Part shown: one piece after another, positions 38,438 to 46,426 of the stretch | Layout: each line of letters starts with the position of its first letter | Numbering within the stretch: the first letter of the stretch is position 1 | DNA from: a virus | Taxonomy: Duplodnaviria > Heunggongvirae > Uroviricota > Caudoviricetes | Strand: one strand, 5' to 3' | DNA length: 64,000 nucleotides | IMG/VR virus record: IMGVR_UViG_3300028898_000252 | Location: 93,946 to 157,945 of that record | Translations under genes and position numbers: made by a program | The notes under the pieces: generated by a model | The model's database searches: none | Told to the model about the DNA's origin: nothing | What the model saw: only the letters and a program-made list of their open reading frames with translations

Positions 38438-38944
38438 TTATTCTTCGCGATTAACAAAGGTGTTTCCAGAACCATTTCCCAAACCATTTGTTTCACCAGG
38501 AGGAGGTGAAACATATTTTGAAGTGTGAGGTGAAACAAGTCCGTTACCAAGGAAAGCTCCACGGCTTAAAGATTTCACTCTTAATGTCGCTTCTCTTCCT
38601 TCTGCTGGAATTGTTCTTGGATCAAATGGAACAACTGGGTTTGCGATATTTGGCGCAAATGGTGTCGCAGGTTTTCCTGCTCCTCCGACTTCTACTTCAT
38701 CAAAGTTTGGAGTTCCACTATATTTTCTATCAACCAAACCAAATTGATATCCACCATCATTGATAAAATCTCCTTCAAGCTCTGCTGGTTTATAAAACGA
38801 ATCTTTGATAGCTTGGTCGGACAATTCTCCATTGTAAAGTGGAGATTGAGCAAAAACTATTTTTGCCGCTGTTGTATCCGATGATCCCATTCCGTGATTT
38901 GTTGCTGGGACTTGTCCTAAATATCCTGGTCTAATTCTTGGCAT
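38438..38944 (-). CDS. Pro/Gly-rich hypothetical virion protein
   Basis: 168 aa ORF within the head operon. Confidence 0.7.
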   Translation of the reverse strand: MPRIRPGYLGQVPATNHGMGSSDTTAAKIVFAQSPLYNGELSDQAIKDSFYKPAELEGDFINDGGYQFGLVDRKYSGTPNFDEVEVGGAGKPATPFAPNIANPVVPFDPRTIPAEGREATLRVKSLSRGAFLGNGLVSPHTSKYVSPPPGETNGLGNGSGNTFVNREE

Positions 38945-38967
38945 TTACTTTTACTCTTTTATTACTC

Positions 38968-39519
38968 TTAACTATTATCTAATGTGTTTTTTAATGGATG
39001 CTTAAATGCAATTTTAGCTAGCGGATGCATTTGTTGATGGTTTTGTTGGGGTTGCATAGGTTGTGACATTCCATTTCCATATGGAATATATCCATGTGGC
39101 TGCATAGTGTAGTTTATTGTATTTTCACCTGTGTAACCAATTTGAGGATTTGAAACTGCTGTAAATGCGGGATGGCCTCCTCCTTGGTTAAAAAAAGTTT
39201 GAGATGGAGGATTCATTTCCATTCTCATTTGTTGTGGATTTGTTGTTTTGGCTGTATCGGCAAAAATTGCTTCTAAAACACCTTTTTTGGAAGGATCATT
39301 ACCAGCAACGGCGGCAGCGAGAGCAGAAACAACAGTATTTGTGTTATTGTCTAATCCAAATCTATTTGGTGCCGAACTAAGAATTTGTTGACCACTATTG
39401 TTAGCAGCTTGAAAAACTTCATTAAGTTCTCCACTTGTCAACATTTCTTTTATGATCTCTTTTAGCATTTTTTTCAATTCTGCTCGTCTCAATACAACTT
39501 TATTTTCTTTTGTTTCCAT
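38968..39519 (-). CDS. Hypothetical prohead protein
   Basis: LKKMLKEIIKE N-terminus; Q/P/M-rich C-terminus. Confidence 0.7.
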   Translation of the reverse strand: METKENKVVLRRAELKKMLKEIIKEMLTSGELNEVFQAANNSGQQILSSAPNRFGLDNNTNTVVSALAAAVAGNDPSKKGVLEAIFADTAKTTNPQQMRMEMNPPSQTFFNQGGGHPAFTAVSNPQIGYTGENTINYTMQPHGYIPYGNGMSQPMQPQQNHQQMHPLAKIAFKHPLKNTLDNS

Positions 39520-39520
39520 T

Positions 39521-40240
39521 TTATTTTTCCTTTTTATTAAAGTTTTTTGCCATTTCTAAAAGAGTGTTATAATGTTCTTTTTTTAGATTTTTGTTTTCGT
39601 TCATAACAACTGTTTGTGCAGGTTTTAGTTTTGTTAAAGATTTTTGTTTTGGAGTGGAGGAAACTTGTTTGTCTTCCATAAATGCTTTTGGTGTAGATGG
39701 TTCGGTAACAATATCCCAACAGATTATATGAAGATCATCTGATACTACATCCGCGACAATTCCTTCTGGTAAAGTTTGTCGACTAATTGAACCCATAGCT
39801 CTAGAAGAAATTCCAATTTTTCCACCTGTTTTAAGTGCGCCTCTAATTTTCTTATCTTCTTCTGTTTCAGGGAAAATAACTATTTCTCCATAAACAACAT
39901 CTTCTTCAAGCCAAATCCTTCTAAATCTAAAAGCAGCATGTTTAAATTCAACAACTTCACTGTCTTTGTGATCTAATTCACCGTAAGCCATTCCAGTTTC
40001 AACTTTTGTTTTTATGTACTGTTCTAATTTTGGGACAAGAACATTTCTAGGATAAACTCTTCCATTTTGATTCAGAGTATTACAGCGTTGAATTATGCCA
40101 GAGAGCACTAATGCCTCGCTAAAACTATCCAAATTCGAAATGTCTAAACTTTCGTTCAGAGAATTTTTTGCATTTTTTAAATCAAATATGAAATTTTCTT
40201 TCAAAAGAATTTTTTTTGGTTTTTTAATTACGGTTTTCAT
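39521..40240 (-). CDS. Prohead protease (T4 gp21-like)
   Basis: NQNGRVYP; GELDH (His); GISSRAMGS (Ser); WDIVTEPST. Confidence 0.92.
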   Translation of the reverse strand: MKTVIKKPKKILLKENFIFDLKNAKNSLNESLDISNLDSFSEALVLSGIIQRCNTLNQNGRVYPRNVLVPKLEQYIKTKVETGMAYGELDHKDSEVVEFKHAAFRFRRIWLEEDVVYGEIVIFPETEEDKKIRGALKTGGKIGISSRAMGSISRQTLPEGIVADVVSDDLHIICWDIVTEPSTPKAFMEDKQVSSTPKQKSLTKLKPAQTVVMNENKNLKKEHYNTLLEMAKNFNKKEK

Positions 40241-41076
40241 TATTCTTTAACTTCGCCTCGCTCTGCTCTCAAAATATCTAACACTCCTAGAAAGAATGTG
40301 CAGTGTTCGCTACATGGAACTGGTTCCAAAAGTTTTACTTCTTCTAAAAGTTCTTTATAGTTTTTCTTATTTTTTATTTGATCTATAATCTTTTCTTTTG
40401 TCTCGCAAAGAATTTCAGTTAAGATACTTTTATTATCTGATATAAAAGCATTTAAAATATTTTTTTGATCGGTATCAAACAAAGAAGAATATTTCTCTTC
40501 GAATTTTTGATGCATTATTTTTGCGATTAATTTACTATCGTTATTAATATTTTCTTTCAAATCCACAGGCTGTGAAATTTGCTGTTTTTTATTTACCAAA
40601 AATGAAATTAAACTGTCTTCAAGAACCAAAATATTTATTTTTTTAGATTCAGAAAGAGGGGCATGCCAATTATTAAGCAACACTTGTATTGTTGCAAGTT
40701 CTTTATAGTTTTCAACATACTGATTAAAAAACAAGCCATCTCCATTTAAATTTTTATTAATTTCGTGTATGAGATTTGTTTTTTCTGTTTCAGATTTTGA
40801 AAGATTGATCTTTTTAGTTTCTTTTTTTATTTCATCTAAAAATCTTGAAGCAATTTCTGCCGATAAAAAAGAAGAACTCAAAATTTGTTTAAAGATTTTA
40901 AGTTCTTTTAATATTTCACTTTGTTTTGTGAAATTTTCTTTAATTGTTTTTTTAATTATAAAGATTTCTTTTTCGTTGTTCTCGATAGTCGCTTTAGTTA
41001 ACTTTTGAACTAAAAAGTCATAGACTAGTCCAACATTTCTTTTTTTGTTGTGTGGTACCTTGGTGTCTAAATTCAT
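40240..41076 (-). CDS. Hypothetical head-module protein
   Basis: HNKKRNVGLVYDFL; lies between portal and protease. Confidence 0.7.
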   Translation of the reverse strand: MNLDTKVPHNKKRNVGLVYDFLVQKLTKATIENNEKEIFIIKKTIKENFTKQSEILKELKIFKQILSSSFLSAEIASRFLDEIKKETKKINLSKSETEKTNLIHEINKNLNGDGLFFNQYVENYKELATIQVLLNNWHAPLSESKKINILVLEDSLISFLVNKKQQISQPVDLKENINNDSKLIAKIMHQKFEEKYSSLFDTDQKNILNAFISDNKSILTEILCETKEKIIDQIKNKKNYKELLEEVKLLEPVPCSEHCTFFLGVLDILRAERGEVKE

Positions 41077-41107
41077 TTTAACCTTTGTCGATATTTAACT
41101 ATTTGTT

Positions 41108-43159
41108 TTATTTATTGTTTCTAGAAATTTTATTATAGAATGGCTTAAAATCGCCGCTATCGATTTCAATTTCAACTTCTGAATTTTCATCCTCTTCTTT
41201 TTTCTTAGATTCATTTAAAAGCTTGTTTAAGTTTTTCAAACTAGAGACTACTTCTTTATAAACTCCAGAACTTGGAATATTGCTAGAATTTAACTCTTTA
41301 AAACTTTCTTTTATAAGAGTTGAATAATGATTATCGCGGTCTTTTGAAGTTTCAAATTCTGTTTTTTGAGATGAAACCATATTCATTCCATAGTAAGGAT
41401 TAATAATTTGTTTGTTGAAGTTAGAGGTTTTGACCATAGAAGGAAACATTTTAGAAGGAACAAAATAATTTGGACTTATTGGTGCTTTTTTATCTGGAAT
41501 GTTGACTTTCACAATTTCAGAATCAGAAATGTCAATATTAGGAACGGTTTGTAGGTCTGCTGCAACTGTATTTTGCGGTAATTCAGCATTTCCCTGTTGT
41601 GGATTTTGAATCATTCCTGAACCTGGAACATCATAGTTTGCTGGATCAAATTGATCGGGTTCTTGGCCTGGTTCATTTTTTACAGGCTGTAGAGCTTCAA
41701 ATGTTTTATTTCTAATTGTATCCTGCTCTCTGCCTAGACGAATTCTGATTATGTCAGCATCATTAAATCCAAAAATCTCTTTTTGAATAACTTCTTCATC
41801 CACATGAGGAATGTCTTTTGCTTTGCCAGCTATATCAAGTTTCTTTTCCCAAAGTTCCAATTTTTGTAACACCGCAGCTGTACTTGGATTGGTTAATTTT
41901 AAATTAAAGTTAATTAAATCTTCGCCGTCAAAACCTTTTGCATATAGATGCAACATCGCCATACGTTTTAATTCTGCTAAAACAATTCTTTGTATCGCAG
42001 AAACAGTTTTTGAAAATCTTATATCTTGTGCAGATAAGTTGTTTTTGCCAACAGCTTCATCGTAGCCCAAAAATGCTCTTGGCATTTTAAGAGCGGCAGT
42101 TAATTGTTTGTGAACAAAGGCTATGTCATCAACAGCGGTTTGATGAGTTGCGCCTTCTAAAGTATCAACTTTTGTTAAAGAATCTCTTTTAATTGGTATA
42201 AAGTAGTTTTCTAACATAGAAGAAGGATTCCAGCGATAATCTTGTCGTCCATCATTGTTAGAAACTATACTTTTTGCATTGAATGATTCTTCAACTTTTT
42301 TCATAAATGTTTCAACATCATTTGGGTTAATACCTGTTGTATCAATATAAAACATTCTTCTTGCTGGAGATCTTACAATACGATAAGTTAACATCGCATC
42401 CACCAACATCATTAATACTCTATATGGTCTTCTTGCTCCATCTAACCAACTTGTTCCATGTGGTCTATAAGCATCGTTAGATAAAAATCTAAAATTGGCA
42501 ACTTGGAAATTTTCCAAATAAGAAGAATTTTGTGACGAAGGATTTTGAATATTAGGAGTTGTTATTTTGAATCTAACAGCATTAGGATCATTTTTATCAT
42601 ACTTTTCTTGTCTTTCACAATCGGGTGCAGGAATTTGTTCGATATTGATTATTCCTTCGCGTTCTCTAATATCTAAAAACAAAAAGAAGTCGCCAAATTT
42701 AAGCATACTTCTAACCCAGTATCTTAAATCAGAATTTAATTTGCAAACATCAAAAAAAAGTTCTTCCAAACTCTTTCTTATTTCAATTGAATCTGTTTCT
42801 ATGTGTAACATTTGATCATTTTGATCGACCGCGCAAATTTCATCTGCCAAACCATCTAAAGCGGTTGCGCATTCTGGTGATTGTGCATCCATGTCAATAT
42901 ATTCTCTGTAGCGATAAATTCGATCATATACTCCAAAATATCCCATACCAACAAATCCAGAATAGCTATGCCTATACGCGTTATAACTTGGATAACCAAT
43001 ATTTCCTTGAAGTGCTAATTCCTGTGGAGTTGCAAGATTTCCATAATCTAAACCTTTTATTTTTCGATTAATATTTACCCCAGAACGAAAAAGATTCGCT
43101 ATTCTTTTATAAAATTCTAGCGTCCTATTAACAACTTCATTTTCTTTAGTATCTGACAT
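41108..43159 (-). CDS. Portal protein (T4 gp20-like)
   Basis: YIDMD...ALDGLADE; WVRSMLKFGDFF; DAMLTYRIVRSPARRMFYIDT; ENYFIP; ALKMP; DIRFSKTV. Confidence 0.93.
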   Translation of the reverse strand: MSDTKENEVVNRTLEFYKRIANLFRSGVNINRKIKGLDYGNLATPQELALQGNIGYPSYNAYRHSYSGFVGMGYFGVYDRIYRYREYIDMDAQSPECATALDGLADEICAVDQNDQMLHIETDSIEIRKSLEELFFDVCKLNSDLRYWVRSMLKFGDFFLFLDIREREGIINIEQIPAPDCERQEKYDKNDPNAVRFKITTPNIQNPSSQNSSYLENFQVANFRFLSNDAYRPHGTSWLDGARRPYRVLMMLVDAMLTYRIVRSPARRMFYIDTTGINPNDVETFMKKVEESFNAKSIVSNNDGRQDYRWNPSSMLENYFIPIKRDSLTKVDTLEGATHQTAVDDIAFVHKQLTAALKMPRAFLGYDEAVGKNNLSAQDIRFSKTVSAIQRIVLAELKRMAMLHLYAKGFDGEDLINFNLKLTNPSTAAVLQKLELWEKKLDIAGKAKDIPHVDEEVIQKEIFGFNDADIIRIRLGREQDTIRNKTFEALQPVKNEPGQEPDQFDPANYDVPGSGMIQNPQQGNAELPQNTVAADLQTVPNIDISDSEIVKVNIPDKKAPISPNYFVPSKMFPSMVKTSNFNKQIINPYYGMNMVSSQKTEFETSKDRDNHYSTLIKESFKELNSSNIPSSGVYKEVVSSLKNLNKLLNESKKKEEDENSEVEIEIDSGDFKPFYNKISRNNK

Positions 43160-43169
43160 ATTATTCCAA

Positions 43170-43179
43170 TAAATACTTA
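43170..43179. promoter_or_regulatory. Overlapping divergent RTANTTA sites (portal and 43194 ORF)
   Basis: GTATTTA on minus (43170-43176) and ATACTTA on plus (43173-43179). Confidence 0.45.
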
Positions 43180-43193
43180 ATATTAAATTAAAA

Positions 43194-43718
43194 ATGGAAA
43201 ATTGTACTAATCTTGCAACTCTTGAGACAGATATTAAAGATGAAAATATACAAAACGATATAAAAAAAGCAATTCAACTCTGTAATCTCTATGTTGAAGA
43301 AAAAGATCAGAATTGGCTTCACTTCCGCTGGACAGTTTGGGAAGAAATTTGCAGATTAATGCCAATTAAAACAAAACAGCCATGTTGGCCTTTTGGAAAA
43401 TTAATATATTATAATAGACGATTCATTTTTGGCGATTTAGATGTTTGGGTGGCCCATTACTGGAAATCTTTAAATGGAGGAAATTTATGGATTGAAAGTT
43501 CATATTTAGAAAAATATTCATATAAAGAAAAGATAGTTCCTGTTTCAACAAATTCTGTAGCTTCAGAAGCTACTTTAAATAAAGTAACATCTCCATTTAT
43601 TCATTCAAAAGAGTATACTGCAGCAAAGTATTTATACTTGGAAAAAGAAGAATCAAAATATGCAAAAGAAAAATCAAAAAATAAAAAACGCAAAAGAAAA
43701 CAAGATAAAATTATTTGA
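43194..43718 (+). CDS. Hypothetical protein
   Basis: 174 aa, Trp-rich core. Confidence 0.7.
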   Translation: MENCTNLATLETDIKDENIQNDIKKAIQLCNLYVEEKDQNWLHFRWTVWEEICRLMPIKTKQPCWPFGKLIYYNRRFIFGDLDVWVAHYWKSLNGGNLWIESSYLEKYSYKEKIVPVSTNSVASEATLNKVTSPFIHSKEYTAAKYLYLEKEESKYAKEKSKNKKRKRKQDKII

Positions 43719-44859
43719 ATTTATTTTTGAAGAATATGGAGATGATACTGGTGGCGGTGGTTATTCTGATTTTTCTGCATATGGATCAATTGGTGGTGGA
43801 GGAGTAGATATTTTCAAGAAAACATTTGTCGACCCTTTTTTTGATATTTTTCGCAGTGGACAATACGCCGTTGAAAAAGCAACAGGTTCAATTTTTTACT
43901 TCGCGAAAAAATTACTTGTAAATTTTCCAAGATTATTTTCACCTTCTAAACCACTCATTTTTAATGAAATAAGGGATCAAGAAAAAGCAGCATTTCAAAG
44001 AATGGACAAACGTTATGCCGAAGTTTTACAAAGAAATTCAGAAGCTTTAGAAAATAAAGATTTTAAACTTATTTTGTTTTTACTAAATCCTAAAGCTGCA
44101 TTGAGTTTTAAGTTAATTCAAAAATCACCAAAAGCTGCATTTAATATTTTAAATACTTTTTCTGGTAATAAACTTCAAGATCTTGTATCTGATATAAAAT
44201 CGGCATATTACGCGATTCCCGCAGTTCAGAGAAGAAATTTACGCGTTCAAAAATATATTGAAAAATACAAATATGACGACGAAAAAAATAAAAAAACTCT
44301 ACCAAAATCAACCGTACCTGACGGTGCGGGCTATATGAGCTATGGCGCAGACTACTATTCTTCTTACAACAATGGAATGGATGGTGATATGTCACTTAAT
44401 GAAACGCAAACTGCACAAGAACCATCTGAAAAAGATTTTCTTGAGGCAGCATTAATTTACTTAGATAAAAACCCAAATAAAAAAGAAGAAATGTTTTCTG
44501 ATGTTTATCAAAAATTAAAACCAATCGGAAATGAACTTTTTGAATCTTTGGTTCAGAAATTTACAGCTGTAAAAAAAGCGTCTTCTCTTGAAGATTATTC
44601 AAAATTAACTGGTGCAGATTTAAATGTTGCCAAACAAGAAATGGATAAAATCATTAGCGCGGAACTTCAAAAACAAAAAAATGTTGACACTTTAAAAATT
44701 AAACAAGCGTATGGAAAAATAAAATCGATTATAGAGCCCCAGCTATTAAGCACTTTAAAAAAAGATTATTTTACAAATCTTAACGAAATTTTAAAACCAG
44801 TTTTTAGTTCATTGACACAAGAACAACAAAATAAAATAAAAGAGCTGTTTACAAATTAA
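43660..44859 (+). CDS. Hypothetical protein (start uncertain)
   Basis: KIKLFEFIFEE near the N-terminus, then a Gly-rich segment. Confidence 0.7.
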   Translation: MQKKNQKIKNAKENKIKLFEFIFEEYGDDTGGGGYSDFSAYGSIGGGGVDIFKKTFVDPFFDIFRSGQYAVEKATGSIFYFAKKLLVNFPRLFSPSKPLIFNEIRDQEKAAFQRMDKRYAEVLQRNSEALENKDFKLILFLLNPKAALSFKLIQKSPKAAFNILNTFSGNKLQDLVSDIKSAYYAIPAVQRRNLRVQKYIEKYKYDDEKNKKTLPKSTVPDGAGYMSYGADYYSSYNNGMDGDMSLNETQTAQEPSEKDFLEAALIYLDKNPNKKEEMFSDVYQKLKPIGNELFESLVQKFTAVKKASSLEDYSKLTGADLNVAKQEMDKIISAELQKQKNVDTLKIKQAYGKIKSIIEPQLLSTLKKDYFTNLNEILKPVFSSLTQEQQNKIKELFTN

Positions 44860-44888
44860 TTTTCAATTCATATTATATCATAAATAAT

Positions 44889-45158
44889 ATGAAGGAAAAC
44901 ACACAAGGGATAGATTCCCAACCATCATCAGTTACAGAATTAGAACCATTAGTAAAAGAATTCATTTCTGAACTAAAGAGAATCGATTCAGAAATTGAAA
45001 TTTTAACAATTGATAGAAAAGAATTGTTCGAAAAATATGCTGAAAAAATTGATGTTAAAACATTGAAGCAGGCTATGCGTGTTCAAGCTATTAGAGACAA
45101 AGTATCAAGAAAAGATACTTTTGATACGTTCGTTCATATCTTGGAAGGAGACCTATAA
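44889..45158 (+). CDS. Small DNA-binding protein (GapR / T4 DsbA-like)
   Basis: VKEFISELKRIDSEIEILTIDRKELF...IDVKTLKQAMRV. Confidence 0.6.
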   Translation: MKENTQGIDSQPSSVTELEPLVKEFISELKRIDSEIEILTIDRKELFEKYAEKIDVKTLKQAMRVQAIRDKVSRKDTFDTFVHILEGDL

Positions 45159-45161
45159 ATT

Positions 45162-45551
45162 ATGTCAAGAAAATTTGATTTAAAAGCAAAAAGAAAAACA
45201 ATACCAGAACTTCTATACCAAAGTGATCTCAAAGGAAAGGTTATAAATCCTATTCCTTATATTGAAACAAGCAAACCAGACCCAATGCCTGTTATGTTGT
45301 TTGTTGAAGAAGTTTATAATACAGGCGAAGTAGAAGTTGGAGATTCTGGTGATCCTGCTCCAATTTACGAATACGAAATGCATCAATATCTCAATATGAA
45401 AGCAGTTAGAGAAGTTTTAAGCGATAAGCAATTTGATAAAGTTCGTATTGCCCTTGGAATGGAAACCAGTAAAAAAGCAAAAGAAAAAGGCGAAAAATTA
45501 TTGGCCGCAATTGAAAACAAAATTGCTCAATCAGAGGAAAAGAAAAATTAA
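45162..45551 (+). CDS. Hypothetical protein
   Basis: 129 aa, tight operon junctions. Confidence 0.7.
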   Translation: MSRKFDLKAKRKTIPELLYQSDLKGKVINPIPYIETSKPDPMPVMLFVEEVYNTGEVEVGDSGDPAPIYEYEMHQYLNMKAVREVLSDKQFDKVRIALGMETSKKAKEKGEKLLAAIENKIAQSEEKKN

Positions 45552-45955
45552 TGAAATTTCACGTTAATACTGTAGAAACTCTTTTATCAATCATTAAAAA
45601 TCTTGGTGGAAATCAAAATAATTTAAAACTCCACGAAAGGTTATCTAATTTCGCACTAAGTGTTTACATTAAAAAAGATGGAACACCAATCTTGGTTGAG
45701 ACAGAACGGCTTGTTCAAGAATTTAGAAATATTGGTCAAATGGAACCTATTGTGAGTTTTATGTTCATGCATGAAAGTGCAATTAATCAAATAATAAAAT
45801 TTGAAGAATTGTATGGCGGTTATGCAAACGAAGCAAAACTTAATAATTTATTAACTAATTTAGATTTTACACCTTATGAACAAAAATATTCTAATGGAAC
45901 AGTGCTTGTTTTAACAGAACATTATATTGATGCTATCGAAGGAAAGAATAGATGA
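45551..45955 (+). CDS. Hypothetical protein
   Basis: 134 aa, overlapping stop/start. Confidence 0.7.
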   Translation: MKFHVNTVETLLSIIKNLGGNQNNLKLHERLSNFALSVYIKKDGTPILVETERLVQEFRNIGQMEPIVSFMFMHESAINQIIKFEELYGGYANEAKLNNLLTNLDFTPYEQKYSNGTVLVLTEHYIDAIEGKNR

Positions 45956-46425
45956 AAAATTTGGACATTGGTCAAATTTGTTTCGTAATAGATCCAGAAC
46001 AAGGACCAAGGCCAGTTATTGTCGAAGAATTAATTGAACGCAAATCAAAACATGGCGTAGAATTGTTTTATGTTTTTTTAGCTGGTCCTCCTGGTAATAG
46101 AAGACAGGTCACAGAACAAGAACTTGGAAATGTTCCATTTTATGCAACAATTGAAGAAGTTCAAGAACACTTAGAAAAATTTGCAATGACTTGGATTAAA
46201 ACGCAATGTGAAACAGCAGAAAAGTTAATGCAAGAATGGTATCCAGATATTTTAAATCCATCTAAATCACAACCCACCACCACAAAACAAACATCTAGCA
46301 ATATATTTAGCGAATTATCAGAATTGACAGCACAAGCTGAAAAATCAAAATCAGACGCACAAAACGACGCACCAGAAATAAAAATAGTGAAACCAAAAGG
46401 AAGACCTCCTACAAAGAAAGAATAA
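45952..46425 (+). CDS. Hypothetical protein
   Basis: 157 aa, ATGA overlap. Confidence 0.7.
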   Translation: MKNLDIGQICFVIDPEQGPRPVIVEELIERKSKHGVELFYVFLAGPPGNRRQVTEQELGNVPFYATIEEVQEHLEKFAMTWIKTQCETAEKLMQEWYPDILNPSKSQPTTTKQTSSNIFSELSELTAQAEKSKSDAQNDAPEIKIVKPKGRPPTKKE

Positions 46426-46426
46426 A

